DNA of 64,000 nt from Planctomycetota bacterium. Its GTDB lineage: Bacteria; Planctomycetota; UBA11346. The notes below the pieces were generated by a model, which saw only the letters and a program-made list of their open reading frames with translations, ran no database searches and was not told the origin of the DNA. The position numbers and the translations under genes are program-made. The stretch covers positions 17,823 to 81,822 of the forward strand of contig JAKLKR010000003.1 in assembly GCA_023150565.1 (NCBI GenBank), written 5' to 3'. Of the stretch, positions 52,048 through 64,000 are shown one piece after another (the first letter of the stretch is position 1; each line of letters begins with the position of its first letter).

Positions 52048-52394
52048 TAAGGAGGCCGCACCGTCGGCTCGGTGGCGATGCTCGAGCCCGCCTGCACCAG
52101 CCAGCCACGCATGGCTTCCGGGCGGGGACGGATGGATAGGTCGTGGCCGCGCGTGGTCGGCACACCGCAGCGCCAGTGGATCGCCGCCACCCGGCCTCCT
52201 GGGCGAACCGCCGCCACCGCTGAGCGGAGCAGTGCGCCCAGGTCCTCGCAGTGGGGCAGGTTGAACAGAAGCACCAGGTCGGCGCTGCAAGGATCAACGC
52301 CCAAGGAGGTCGCGAGAATACCGCCCAGACGCGTCTGAACCTGCCCAAGCCCGGCTTCCCGGGCTCCCGATGGCCACCCCTTTCTGTATCGGCC
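52048..52394 (-). pseudogene. Class I SAM-dependent methyltransferase remnant: 5'-truncated at the cupin stop codon and split by the IS (its 3' part continues at 50106-50255)
   Basis: 'AREAGLGQVQTRLGGILATSLGVDPCSADLVLLFNLPHCED...LRSAVAAVRPGGRVAAIHW' corresponds to motifs post-I to IV of type-11 methyltransferases. The GxGxG motif I is missing. The frame is the same as the cupin gene and begins right after its TGA. Confidence 0.55.
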
Positions 52395-52712
52395 TCAGGC
52401 CGGGCGCATCATGGTCAGCAGCCAGCGCGACGGCTGCTCGGCGCGCACCCCATGTGGCAGGGCGGCCGGCAGCAGGATCACTTCGCCCGCCACCACCGCG
52501 TGCAGCGCCTCGCCGACGGTGACCTGGAGGGCGCCGTCGAGCACCTGGACCAGGGCCGGGAAGCGCACGGTGTGGGCGCTGATCGCCTGGCCGGCGTCCA
52601 TGGCGAAGAGGACGATCTTGCAGCCGTTGGCCTCGTGGATCGGGCGGGAGACATTGGCCCCGGGCACGATGGGGGCGGCGTCGAGCAGGCGGAGCGGGGC
52701 GGGGGTATCCAT
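52395..52712 (-). CDS. Cupin-domain protein (105 aa)
   Basis: 'KIVLFAMDAGQAISAHTVRFPALVQVLDGALQVTVGE...GEVILLPAALPHGV' is the two-motif cupin pattern. Confidence 0.75.
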   Translation of the reverse strand: MDTPAPLRLLDAAPIVPGANVSRPIHEANGCKIVLFAMDAGQAISAHTVRFPALVQVLDGALQVTVGEALHAVVAGEVILLPAALPHGVRAEQPSRWLLTMMRPA

Positions 52713-52790
52713 GCCGGCAGCCTAGCGGGCGGGGTCCGGCAGGGCCATGATCCAGATCAACCCCACCCGACGGCTGCGGGCCGGGCTTCA

Positions 52791-53312
52791 TCACGGCACC
52801 TGGGCGACCTCGAGCAGGCGGGCGAGGTCGAAGCCCTGGGCGCGCGCCGCCGCCTCCATCGCCGCACGGTCGCCGGGCGCCAAGACGGGGGTGCGGGCGA
52901 GGAACCACAGGTAGTCGCGCGAGGGATGGCCGACCACCGCCCAGCGGTAGCCGGGATCCAGCGCCAGCACCCAGTAGGACCCCCAGAACGGCCAGAAGAA
53001 GCGCACCCGCAGCTTGGCCGGCTCGGCCGGGTCGGGCAGCCAGGCCACCGCCTCGGCGCGCTTTTCCGCCCCGTCGAGGCCGCCTGTGCGGCCGGCGTTG
53101 ACCACCGCGATGCGTCCATCCGGCAGCGGGGTGTAGTCGGCGGTGACAGCGACCATGCCGCGCTCGAAGATGTGGTCGTAGCGCGCGATCTCGTACCAGC
53201 GCCCGCTGTAGCGCTGGAGGTCGAGGGCACCCACCACCTGCACCGGGGGCAGGTCGCTGCGGGCGCAGCCCGCCAGGCCGAGGGCGATCAGGAGCAGGGG
53301 GAGCAGGCGCAT
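52791..53312 (-). CDS. blc: Outer-membrane lipoprotein Blc (bacterial lipocalin)
   Basis: Lipobox 'LGLAGC'. 'LQRYSGRWYEIAR' and 'YWVLALDPGYRWAVVGHPSRDYLWFLAR' are lipocalin signatures. Confidence 0.9.
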   Translation of the reverse strand: MRLLPLLLIALGLAGCARSDLPPVQVVGALDLQRYSGRWYEIARYDHIFERGMVAVTADYTPLPDGRIAVVNAGRTGGLDGAEKRAEAVAWLPDPAEPAKLRVRFFWPFWGSYWVLALDPGYRWAVVGHPSRDYLWFLARTPVLAPGDRAAMEAAARAQGFDLARLLEVAQVP

Positions 53313-53364
53313 GGCGTCATCAGGCCAGGCTTCCGGGGCAAAGCCAGCGCGCCGGCCGCAAACG

Positions 53365-53396
53365 CAGACAGCCGCGCCTTGCGGCGCGGCTGTCTG
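53365..53396 (-). terminator. Perfect 14-bp-stem hairpin CAGACAGCCGCGCC-TTGC-GGCGCGGCTGTCTG downstream of hppA
   Basis: Read directly. Lies 31 nt after the hppA stop codon on the minus strand. Confidence 0.6.
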
Positions 53397-53426
53397 GATC
53401 CCTCAGCGGGATGGCCCGGATCGCGA

Positions 53427-56189
<2,763 letters not shown>

Positions 56190-56453
56190 GACGCCTCCTT
56201 TGCGGTGGAGCCGCGACGGTAGGCCATTTCGGCTAAGCAAATCCGAAAATCCATTTTGAGGGTTTACCGCACCGCTATTCCGCATGGGTTACGATGCGTG
56301 GTGCGCATTTCAAACCATACGCGCGCCAGAATGAGCGGGATGTTTGCTCGCACAATTCCGAACAAACACTCGGGATTACCCTCATTCCGCGACCGGGGTC
56401 AATGCGGCATTTCGCGGCAGAAACCAGACAGAACGCATCCGGATGCAGGACTG

Positions 56454-56486
56454 GGACCGCTGCCGCCCCGAGCGCGGCAGCGGTCC
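56454..56486 (-). terminator. 13-bp-stem hairpin GGACCGCTGCCGC-N7-GCGGCAGCGGTCC downstream of grpE
   Basis: Perfect arms read directly. Lies 40 nt after the grpE stop codon. Confidence 0.55.
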
Positions 56487-56526
56487 GTCGTCAATCCATT
56501 TTCACATCAACAATGATGCAAAACCG

Positions 56527-57096
56527 TCATGCTCCGGCGGGTGCCGGCGGCCGCGCCACCACCACCTGGGCGGCGCGCACCAGCTGCTCCTTGAGCCTCC
56601 AGCCGGTGCGGTGGACCTGGAGGATGGTGCCCTTGGGCACGCTGGCGTCCTCGTGCTCGGCCAGCACCTCGTGCACCGCGGGATCGAACACCCCTTCGCA
56701 CACCACCTGTTCCAGCCCCTGGCCGGCGAGCCCGGCGCGCAGGTTCTCGCGGATCATGGTCACGCCCTGGGCGAACTCGGTGAAGGCCTCGGGACGGGCG
56801 GCGTCGATCGCCCGCCCGAGGTTGTCGAGCTCGGTGAGCAGCGGCTTGACCGAGCGCGCGACCGCGCGCGTACCGGCCTCGTCGGCCTCCTTGCGCAGGC
56901 GCTTGCGCACGTTGTCGAATTCGGCCTGGTTGCGCAGGCAGCGCTCCTTCCATTCGCCGACTTCGCGGCGCAGGGCCTCGAATTCGGCCACCGGCAGGGT
57001 GATGGTCTCGGCCGAGGCGGCAGCCTCGGGGGCGGGCTGCTCGGCGGCGGGGGCGGGCTGGGGGGCGGGGGCGGGCTGGGGGGCGGGGTCGCTCAT
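56527..57096 (-). CDS. grpE: Nucleotide exchange factor GrpE
   Basis: 'RNQAEFDNVRKRLRKE', 'FDPAVHEVL' and 'VHRTGWRLKEQLVRAAQVVV'. Pro/Ala-rich N-terminus. Confidence 0.9.
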   Translation of the reverse strand: MSDPAPQPAPAPQPAPAAEQPAPEAAASAETITLPVAEFEALRREVGEWKERCLRNQAEFDNVRKRLRKEADEAGTRAVARSVKPLLTELDNLGRAIDAARPEAFTEFAQGVTMIRENLRAGLAGQGLEQVVCEGVFDPAVHEVLAEHEDASVPKGTILQVHRTGWRLKEQLVRAAQVVVARPPAPAGA

Positions 57097-57098
57097 GG

Positions 57099-58211
57099 TC
57101 AGGTGAACATCTTTCTGATGCGGTCGAAGAAGGAGCGCTGCTCGCCCTGGTCGTCCTCGATGCGGCCGAGCTCCTGCAGCAGTTCGCGCTGGCGGTCGGT
57201 GGGCTTGCGCGGCACCGTCACCTGCACCACCACCAGCTGGTCGCCGCGCTGGCGGCCTTCGCCGATGCCGAGGCCGCGCATGCGCAGCACCTCGCCCGGC
57301 TGGGTGCCGGCGGGGATGCGCAGGGTGGCGGAGCCGTCGAGGGTGGGGATGTCGATCTCGGCCCCCAGGGCGGCCTGGGCGTAGGTCACCGGGGCCTTGC
57401 ACACCACGTCGTCCTCGTGGCGCTCGAAGAACGGGTCGGCGGCGACCTGGACATAGACATAGAGGTCGCCGCGCGGGCCGCCGTCGCGCCCTGGCTCGCC
57501 CTCGCCCGACACGCGCAGGCGCGAGCCGTCCTCGATCCCGGCCGGGATGCGCACCTTGATGGTGACCTTCTGCGGCACCACGCCCTGGCCGCGGCAGTCG
57601 CGGCAGGGGTCGCCGATCATCTGGCCGCTGCCGCCGCACTGCGGGCAGGTGGTCTGGACCACGAAGAAGCCCTGGCCCTGGCGCACCGCGCCGTGGCCGT
57701 GGCAGAGGGTGCAGGTCTTGGGTTTGGTGCCGGCCTTGGCGCCGGTGCCGTGGCAGGTGGTGCAGGTCTCGTTGCGCTTCAGCTCGATGGTGCGGGTGCA
57801 GCCCTTCACCGCCTCGCGGAAGGGGATCTCGAGCCCGAGCTTGAGCGAGGCCCCCTGGTTGCGTTCCCCGCGCCCGCCGCCGGCCCCGAAGAACTGGTCG
57901 AAGATGTTGCCGCCACCGAAGATATCGCCGAACTGGGCGAAGATGTCCTCCATCGACTGGAAGCCCTGGCCGGCGTGGCCCATGCCGTCGACGCCGGCGT
58001 GGCCGTGCTGGTCGTAGCGGGCGCGCTTCTTCTCGTCCGAGAGCACCTCGTAGGCCTCGGCGGCCTCCTTGAACCTGGTCTCGGCCTCCTTGTCGCCCGG
58101 ATTGCGGTCAGGGTGGAACTTCATCGCCAGTTTGCGATAGGACTTCTTGATGTCGTCGATGGAGGCCCCGCGCTCGACGCCAAGAACCTCATAATAGTCG
58201 CGCTTGGCCAT
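57099..58211 (-). CDS. dnaJ: Molecular chaperone DnaJ
   Basis: J domain '[33 protein letters not shown]', a G/F region and four CxxCxGxG zinc motifs. Confidence 0.95.
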   Translation of the reverse strand: MAKRDYYEVLGVERGASIDDIKKSYRKLAMKFHPDRNPGDKEAETRFKEAAEAYEVLSDEKKRARYDQHGHAGVDGMGHAGQGFQSMEDIFAQFGDIFGGGNIFDQFFGAGGGRGERNQGASLKLGLEIPFREAVKGCTRTIELKRNETCTTCHGTGAKAGTKPKTCTLCHGHGAVRQGQGFFVVQTTCPQCGGSGQMIGDPCRDCRGQGVVPQKVTIKVRIPAGIEDGSRLRVSGEGEPGRDGGPRGDLYVYVQVAADPFFERHEDDVVCKAPVTYAQAALGAEIDIPTLDGSATLRIPAGTQPGEVLRMRGLGIGEGRQRGDQLVVVQVTVPRKPTDRQRELLQELGRIEDDQGEQRSFFDRIRKMFT

Positions 58212-58330
58212 AATTCTCTCGTGGGGGCGGGTCAGAGTGGCCCGGTCGCGGGACTGTCTAGCGCGGAGTGTTCCAGCCGCCGGACGGGGGGCGCGGTTGC
58301 GGCGACCAGGATAAGGCCAAGGGTGGGGGC

Positions 58331-59437
58331 ATGACCGCCGCGCCTGCCGTCCCCCCCCTGCGCGTACTCGCCTGGGAGCTGACCCGCGCCTGCCCGCTCG
58401 CCTGCAGGCACTGCCGCGCCGAGGCCCTGCGCGCCCCGCCTCCCGGCGAACTCGACCACGCCGAGGCCCTGGCCCTGATCGACGATCTCGCCGGCATGGG
58501 CGGGGGAGCGGATTCCCGCCCGGCGGCGGCCCACCCCGGCCGCCCCCCCCGAGCCGGCGGCGCCATGCCCGGGCGCACCGCCATGGCGCCCATCCTCATC
58601 CTCACCGGCGGCGAGCCGATGCTGCGCCCGGACTTCTGGGAGCTGGCCGCGCACGGCCACCGGCGCGGGCTGGTGGTGGTGGCGGCGCCCTGCGGCGCCT
58701 ACGTCGACCGCGCCGCGGCCGAGCGCATGCGCCAGGTCGGCATCGCCGGCATCTCGCTGTCGATCGACAGCACCACCGCCGCCGGCCATGACGCCTTCCG
58801 CGGCTGGGACGGCGCCTTCGCCATGGTCACCGGGGCGGCGGCGGCGGCGCGCGCGGCCGGGCTGCCCTTCCAGGTCAACAGCACCATCCACGCCGGCAAC
58901 CACCACGAGCTGGAGGGCCTGGCGGCGCTCGCGCGCCAGCTCGGGGCCGCCAAGTGGGACGTGTTCCTGCTGGTGCCCACCGGACGCGCGCGCCAGCTGC
59001 GCGGCCGCGAGCTGACCGCCCGCCTGTACGAGGACGCCCTGCTGCGCGTGCGCGCCGAGGCCGAGCGCGGCGACCTGCCGGTGAAAGTCACCTGCGCGCC
59101 GCATTCCATGCGGGTGTTCGCAGAAGAAGGCCGCGAGCCGCGCGCGCTCGGCGCCACCCCCTGCCTGGGCGGCAGCGCCTTCGCCTTCGTGTCGTCCACC
59201 GGCCAGGTGCAGATCTGCGGATTCCTCGACCTGCCCGCCGGCAACCTGCGCGAGCGCCCGCTGAGCGCGATCTGGCGCGACAGCCCGCTGTTCCTCGCCA
59301 TGCGCGACCGCGCCGGCTACCACGGCAAGTGCGGCGTGTGCGACCACCGCGACCACTGCGGCGGCTGCCGCGCCCGCGCCTATGCCGTCGGCGGCGACGA
59401 GCTGGGGGCGGAGCCGTACTGCTCGTACAACGGCTGA
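58331..59437 (+). CDS. Radical SAM/SPASM-domain protein (AhbD/NirJ-like heme or heme-d1 maturation type)
   Basis: '[12 protein letters not shown]' (CX3CX2C), 'LTGGEP', 'FQVNSTIH' and the C-terminal SPASM '[20 protein letters not shown]...EPYC'. Confidence 0.75.
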   Translation: MTAAPAVPPLRVLAWELTRACPLACRHCRAEALRAPPPGELDHAEALALIDDLAGMGGGADSRPAAAHPGRPPRAGGAMPGRTAMAPILILTGGEPMLRPDFWELAAHGHRRGLVVVAAPCGAYVDRAAAERMRQVGIAGISLSIDSTTAAGHDAFRGWDGAFAMVTGAAAAARAAGLPFQVNSTIHAGNHHELEGLAALARQLGAAKWDVFLLVPTGRARQLRGRELTARLYEDALLRVRAEAERGDLPVKVTCAPHSMRVFAEEGREPRALGATPCLGGSAFAFVSSTGQVQICGFLDLPAGNLRERPLSAIWRDSPLFLAMRDRAGYHGKCGVCDHRDHCGGCRARAYAVGGDELGAEPYCSYNG

Positions 59438-59446
59438 GCGCCCGGG

Positions 59447-60481
59447 TCAGGGGGCGGCAAGGCGCGCCGCAATCGCGTCGGCGAAGCGGGCGAAGCCGGC
59501 GGCGTCGGGGTGCAGGCCGTCGGGCAGCCAGCGGTGGTCGTGCGGCATGCAGGCGCTGCCGTCGACCAGCTCCAGCTCGGGCGAGAGCGGTTCCAGGGCG
59601 TCGCGCAGGGCAGCGCGCACCCGCCCCACCCGCGCCCCGGCGGCGGTGTCGAGCGGCACGCCCATGTACTCGGGCGGGCCCTTGCCGTCCTCGCACGGCT
59701 TCCACGGCGGCAGGATCCACACCGCCCGCGCCGGCCGCGCCGCCAGCACCAGGCGCGCCAGCTCGAGCGCGCGCCCAGCCGCCAGGGCGGCGTCGGAGTC
59801 GCGCCAGCCGTGGTTGCTGCCGAGGTTGACCGTCACCAGCCCCCACGGCTGCGCGGCCAGCGCCCAGGCGAAGGCCTCGGGCTCGATGCGGATGCCGCCC
59901 ACCCCCAGGTTCCAGGCGCGCAGGCCCCAGCGCCGCTCCAGCCGCGCCACCCAGCCGGCCAGCGGCGACCGGCACGAGAACCCCTGGGTCAGGCTGTCGC
60001 CGATCGCCAGCCAGCGCGGCGGCGGCACCGGCGCGGCCTCGACCAGCGCGCCCTCGGCCACCGCCACCCCCGCCACGGCGCAGGTGGCGATGGCGGGCAG
60101 CCACAGGGCGCAGGCGGCGCTGCCGCCGCCGCGCTCCAGGCCGGTGGCCAGGCGCACCGCCAGGTCGCCGTCGCGTTCGCGCAGGTCGGGGCTCTCGACG
60201 GTGAGCACGCCGTCGGCGTGCTGCACCTCCATCGCCAGCGACTGGGCCACCGGCTGGTGGTGGCGCAGGCGCGCCAAGCGCAGCTCCAGCCACGGGCTGT
60301 CGGTGGCCAGGCGCAGGCAGCAGCCGGGCGACGGGCGCAGGTTGGCGAGCGGGCCGATCTGGCCGGCGAGCAGGCCCTCGACCGCGCGCGGGAAGCGCGC
60401 CAGGCGCACCTCGGCCAGGCCGCGGTCGACCGGCTGCGGGCAGTCGAAGGCCAGGCGCGGATCGGCGGGGGTCAGCAGCAT
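59447..60481 (-). CDS. SGNH/GDSL-family hydrolase with an N-terminal beta-sandwich domain
   Basis: 'WLAIGDSLTQG' (block I), 'NLGVGG' (block II), 'VNLGSNH' (block III) and 'DGLHPD' (block V). Confidence 0.75.
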   Translation of the reverse strand: MLLTPADPRLAFDCPQPVDRGLAEVRLARFPRAVEGLLAGQIGPLANLRPSPGCCLRLATDSPWLELRLARLRHHQPVAQSLAMEVQHADGVLTVESPDLRERDGDLAVRLATGLERGGGSAACALWLPAIATCAVAGVAVAEGALVEAAPVPPPRWLAIGDSLTQGFSCRSPLAGWVARLERRWGLRAWNLGVGGIRIEPEAFAWALAAQPWGLVTVNLGSNHGWRDSDAALAAGRALELARLVLAARPARAVWILPPWKPCEDGKGPPEYMGVPLDTAAGARVGRVRAALRDALEPLSPELELVDGSACMPHDHRWLPDGLHPDAAGFARFADAIAARLAAP

Positions 60482-60546
60482 GGCGACACCTTGGCCCGTC
60501 GCCGGCGCTGGCCAGCGCCGCCCGCGCCGGCATCCTGCCGCGCGCC

Positions 60547-61116
60547 ATGCATGACGCCGTCACCGCCATCACCACCGGCCTCGCCCTCTCCGCCGACGCG
60601 GTGGCGGTGGCGATCGCCGCCACCGCATCGGCCGGCGCGCGTCCCGGCCGGGTGCGCCGCGCCTTCGCCATGGCCGCCACCTTCGGCGGCTTCCAGGCGC
60701 TGATGCCGCTGCTCGGCTGGCTGGGCGGCGCCGCGCTCAAGGAGCCGCTGGCGGCGGTCGACCACTGGATCGCCTTCGCGCTGCTGCTGGCGGTGGGCGG
60801 CAAGATGGCGTGGGAGGGCTGGCGCGGCGGCGACGAGGCCGACGCCAGCGAGATGGGCTGGCGCCGCCTGCTGCTGCTCGGGGTGGCGACCTCGATCGAC
60901 GCCCTCGCGGTGGGGGTGACCTTCGCCTTCATCGCCATGCCGCTGCTGCTCACCGTGGCCCTGATCGGCGCCACCACCTTCGCCTGCTGCCTGCCCGCCG
61001 GCCTGCTCGGCGGCCGCCTGGCCGCACTCGGCCACGGGCGGGTGCAGATCGCCGGCGGCCTGGTCCTGGTCGGCCTGGGCGCCAAGATCCTGATCGAACA
61101 CCTGCGCGGAGGCTGA
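60547..61116 (+). CDS. mntP: Manganese efflux pump MntP
   Basis: Two DUF204 repeats: 'LALSADAVAVAIA' and 'GVATSIDALAVGVTFA'. Six TM helices, 189 aa. Confidence 0.85.
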   Translation: MHDAVTAITTGLALSADAVAVAIAATASAGARPGRVRRAFAMAATFGGFQALMPLLGWLGGAALKEPLAAVDHWIAFALLLAVGGKMAWEGWRGGDEADASEMGWRRLLLLGVATSIDALAVGVTFAFIAMPLLLTVALIGATTFACCLPAGLLGGRLAALGHGRVQIAGGLVLVGLGAKILIEHLRGG

Positions 61117-61119
61117 CCC

Positions 61120-61911
61120 ATGCGCGTGGTCCTGCTCGCCACCGTGATCCTGCTCGCCGCCTGCGCCGACGCCCCGCGCGAACACCAGGGCGTGTGGGTG
61201 CTGCGCTGGATGGAGGCCCCCACCGCCGCCGGGAACCTCGCCGCGGTGCCGGAATCCGACCGCGTCAGCTTCCGCAAGGTCGGTTCGTGGGATCCCGACG
61301 CCCCGCTCGCCGCCCCCGACGCCTTCGCCATCGCCCGCGACGCCCTGCTCGAGGGCGACGTGCTCGCCTTCCGCATGGGCGAGGCCGAGGCCGCGCGCAG
61401 CATCGCCACCGGCAACCTCAACCACGTCGCCTACAGCCTCTACCGCTACGGCCACCTCGCCATCGTGGTCAAGGACCCGGCCAGGCCCGGCCGCCTGGTG
61501 CAGTTCTCCTCGCAGAGCTTCAAGGGGCCCAACACCGACGAGGGCCTCGACCTGCTCGCCGGCCACCGCTGGGACGTCTACCGCCTCGACCGCCGCGACC
61601 GCATCGACACCGCCCGCCTGGACGAGTTCGTGCGGGTGGCGCGCGAGAAGGCCGGGCACTGGTACGGCTACGACTTCATCGGCATGTTCGGCATCGCCAA
61701 TGCCGAGCTGCACCCCGACACCCCGGCCGAGGTCGGGCGCTGGTACATCTGCTCGACGGTGGTGCTGGCGGCGCTGCACTACGCCGGCGTGAGCCTCGAC
61801 TGCGAGCGCAACCGCGGCATCGGCGACCTGGTCACCCCCGCCCAGGTGGTGGCCAGCCGCGGCCGCATCGTGCCCCCGCCGCAGGTGCGGATCGAGGCCG
61901 AGCAGCGCTGA
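61120..61911 (+). CDS. Lipoprotein, permuted papain-fold (YiiX/NlpC-P60-like) putative amidase
   Basis: Lipobox 'LLAAC'. 'YGHLAIVV' (His) precedes 'WYICSTVVLAALHY' (Cys), as in permuted YiiX-type enzymes. Confidence 0.55.
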   Translation: MRVVLLATVILLAACADAPREHQGVWVLRWMEAPTAAGNLAAVPESDRVSFRKVGSWDPDAPLAAPDAFAIARDALLEGDVLAFRMGEAEAARSIATGNLNHVAYSLYRYGHLAIVVKDPARPGRLVQFSSQSFKGPNTDEGLDLLAGHRWDVYRLDRRDRIDTARLDEFVRVAREKAGHWYGYDFIGMFGIANAELHPDTPAEVGRWYICSTVVLAALHYAGVSLDCERNRGIGDLVTPAQVVASRGRIVPPPQVRIEAEQR

Positions 61912-61993
61912 GCCCGCCCAGGAAGGGATGACAGGTCCGGGCGCTGCTGCGGGGTGCGGCAGACGGCGGGCGGATTTGCGGGTATCCTGGGGC

Positions 61994-64000
61994 ATGGACC
62001 CTCTCGAACGGAGCATCCGCCGGATCGGGCTGGAGCTGTTCGCGGCCCAGGCCGCCCACCAGCCCTGGCCGCTGTCGCGCGCCTGGCTGCACGACCGCGG
62101 CATGGCCCTGTCGCTCTCCGACCCGGCGCTGCAGCTGGCGCTGTTCCGCTTCATCGACGCGCTGCCCTCGGCGCGCGACGGCGCCACCGCCGCGCGCCTG
62201 CTGCGCGAGCACCTGCAGCCGGTGGCGGGCCGCCTGCCGGAACCGGCGCGGCGCGCCCTGGCGGCGCTGCCCGCCGCCCCCGCCGGGTGGGTCGGCGCGC
62301 TCGCCGGCCTGGGCGCGCGCGAGCTGGCGGCGCGCTTCCTGCTCGGGGCGCGCATCCCCGCCATCGTGCGCCACCTCGACCGCCTGCACCGCCGCGGGCT
62401 GTGCTTCACCGTCGACCGCCTGGGCGAGGCGGTGCTGACCGAGGCCGAGGCCGACGCCTACCTGGCCTCTTACCTGGAGCTGCTGCCCGCCCTGACCGGG
62501 GCCGCCGCCGCCTGGCCGGCGCAGCCGGGGGTGCCGGCGGTCAACCTCAGCATCAAGCTCTCGGCCCTCACCAGCCGCTTCGAGCCCGCCGACCCTGCCG
62601 GCACCTGCGCACGGGTCGGCGCCCGCCTGCGCCCGCTGCTGCGCGCCGCACGCGCCGCCGGGGCGCTGGTCAACCTCGACATGGAGCACCACGCCTACCG
62701 CGACGCCACCCTGCACATCCTGCGCACGCTCGGCGGCGAGGACGAGTTCCGCGCCTGGGACGGCCTGGGCATCGCCATCCAGGCCTACCTGCGCGGCTGC
62801 GGCGACGACCTCGCCATGCTGGCCGCCTGGGCGCAGGCGCGCGGCGCCCCGCTGTGGGTGCGGCTGGTGAAGGGCGCCTACTGGGACCACGAGACCGCGC
62901 TCGCCGACAGCCGCGGCTGGGACTGCCCGGTGCACCGCGACAAGGGCGCCACCGACGCCGCCTACGAGCGCCACACCCGCTTCCTGCTGGAGAGCCGCCG
63001 CTGGCTGCGCCCGGCCTTCGCCAGCCACAACGTGCGCTCGCTCGCGCACGCCATCGCCCTGCGCGACCGCCTGGGCATCCCCGCGCACGAGGTCGAGTTC
63101 CAGCTGCTGCACGGCATGGCCGACCCGCTCAAGGCGGCGCTGGCCGGGCGCGGCGAGCGGGTGCGGGTCTACTGCCCGGTGGGCGAGCTGCTGCCGGGGG
63201 TGGCCTACCTGGTGCGCCGGCTGCTCGAGAACACCTCCAACCAGGGCTTCGTGCGCGCCAGCAGCCTGGAGAACCGCCCGTCCGCCGAGCTGCTGGCCGC
63301 GCCCACGCCCGCCGACCCGCCTGCCAAGGAACCGTCCATGTTCAGCAACCACCCGTGCGCCGACTTCAGCTGCGAGGACCAGCGCCGGGCGATGGCCGAC
63401 GCCCTCGGCGCCCTGCCGGGCTGGGAGGCGGCCGGCTGGGAGGCGCGCATCGCCTGCCTGGAGCGCCTGGCCGGGCGCCTGGCCGAGGACCGCTGGCGGC
63501 TGGCCGCGCTGCTGGTGCGCGAGGTCGCCAAGAGCTGGCGCGAGGCCGACGCCGAGGTCTGCGAGCTGATCGACTTCTGCCGCTATTACGCAGTCCAAGC
63601 CTGCCGCCTGGCCGCGGGCGCGGCGGTCGACGCACCCGGCGAGACCAACGACACCGTCTACGGCCCGCGCGGGGTGGCGGTGGTGATCGCGCCGTGGAAC
63701 TTCCCCCTCGCCATCCTCGGCGGCATGGCGGTGGCCGCGCTGGTGGCGGGCAACCCGGTGGTGCTCAAGCCGGCGGAGCAGGCCCCGGTGGTCGCGTGGG
63801 CGCTGCACCGCCACCTGCTCGCCGCCGGCATCCCTGCCGAGGCGGTGCACTACCTGCCCGGCGACGGCGAGGAGGTCGGCCCGGCCCTGGCCGACCATCC
63901 CGCCACCGCGCTGATCGCCTTCACCGGCTCGCGCGCGGTCGGCCTGGGGCTGAACCGCCGCGCCGCCGAGGCGCTCGACCAGCGCCGGCAGGTGGTGCGG
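61994..64000 (+). CDS. putA: Bifunctional proline dehydrogenase / L-glutamate gamma-semialdehyde dehydrogenase PutA (3' end lies beyond the window)
   Basis: Not in the ORF track because it is open to the window end. Own translation from the ATG at 61994 gives 'LFRFIDALP', 'VNLDMEHHAYRD', 'GIAIQAYL', 'VRLVKGAYWD' and 'LLHGM...VAYLVRRLLENTSNQ' (PRODH domain), then 'VIAPWNFPLAI' (ALDH domain). Confidence 0.9.
   Translation, partial: MDPLERSIRRIGLELFAAQAAHQPWPLSRAWLHDRGMALSLSDPALQLALFRFIDALPSARDGATAARLLREHLQPVAGRLPEPARRALAALPAAPAGWVGALAGLGARELAARFLLGARIPAIVRHLDRLHRRGLCFTVDRLGEAVLTEAEADAYLASYLELLPALTGAAAAWPAQPGVPAVNLSIKLSALTSRFEPADPAGTCARVGARLRPLLRAARAAGALVNLDMEHHAYRDATLHILRTLGGEDEFRAWDGLGIAIQAYLRGCGDDLAMLAAWAQARGAPLWVRLVKGAYWDHETALADSRGWDCPVHRDKGATDAAYERHTRFLLESRRWLRPAFASHNVRSLAHAIALRDRLGIPAHEVEFQLLHGMADPLKAALAGRGERVRVYCPVGELLPGVAYLVRRLLENTSNQGFVRASSLENRPSAELLAAPTPADPPAKEPSMFSNHPCADFSCEDQRRAMADALGALPGWEAAGWEARIACLERLAGRLAEDRWRLAALLVREVAKSWREADAEVCELIDFCRYYAVQACRLAAGAAVDAPGETNDTVYGPRGVAVVIAPWNFPLAILGGMAVAALVAGNPVVLKPAEQAPVVAWALHRHLLAAGIPAEAVHYLPGDGEEVGPALADHPATALIAFTGSRAVGLGLNRRAAEALDQRRQVVR

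Noticed and set aside
56190-56453. Lower-GC 5' region of hppA, considered as a possible riboswitch or small RNA
   Set aside because: No recognisable conserved motif or convincing structure other than the grpE terminator hairpin. It is probably just a promoter and leader.
58212-58330. Looked for a CIRCE element (TTAGCACTC-N9-GAGTGCTAA) or another heat-shock operator upstream of dnaJ
   Set aside because: Only two direct GAGTG(G/T) pentamers are present and there is no inverted repeat. No sigma32-type promoter could be assigned convincingly by eye.
60482-60546. Possible yybP-ykoY manganese riboswitch upstream of mntP
   Set aside because: The intergenic region is only 65 nt and lacks the conserved four-way-junction sequence blocks. 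It is too short for the aptamer.

Overview
A 64-kb bacterial chromosomal segment with very high GC (about 70% by eye). The gene content suggests a PVC-group organism (Planctomycetota, Verrucomicrobiota or Lentisphaerota), but this is inference only. The clues are an H-X9-DG/DUF1559 pseudopilin-like gene, a sulfatase remnant, an MFS-HEAT fusion and many exported orphan glycosidase-like proteins.

Layout:
(i) 1-33.5 kb is a glycan-utilisation locus. It holds a partial GH42, two giant paralogous exported GH-like proteins, a sialate-O-acetylesterase-family esterase, a beta-helix protein, two clan GH-A-like hydrolases, two GH172/DUF2961 genes, two cytoplasmic glycosidase-like enzymes, an MFS-HEAT transporter, and LacI and AraC regulators. 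A 14-bp palindrome, TGCAACCGGTTGCA, recurs in four promoter regions.
(ii) 33.6-37.8 kb holds metG, a short flagellin and flhB.
(iii) 37.8-52.4 kb is a visibly lower-GC accessory mosaic sitting at the flhB 3' end, marked by three copies of flhB 3' sequence that share a 33-bp core. Island A carries ArsR, a Cys-rich MtrA/DUF4346-like membrane protein and a half-size TauE permease; this is the best candidate for an undescribed system. Island B carries an AraR-type regulator and a GH28/GH-A/DUF1559/BNR/CBM operon. Beyond them lie a sulfatase remnant and an IS element inserted in a decayed methyltransferase gene.
(iv) 52.4-64 kb is housekeeping: cupin, blc, hppA, grpE, dnaJ, a radical SAM/SPASM gene, an SGNH hydrolase, mntP, a lipoprotein and partial putA.

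Many very long ORFs in the six-frame track are antisense or off-frame artefacts of the GC content. No rRNA, tRNA or CRISPR array was recognised. All family assignments are by-eye motif recognition and need HMM confirmation.
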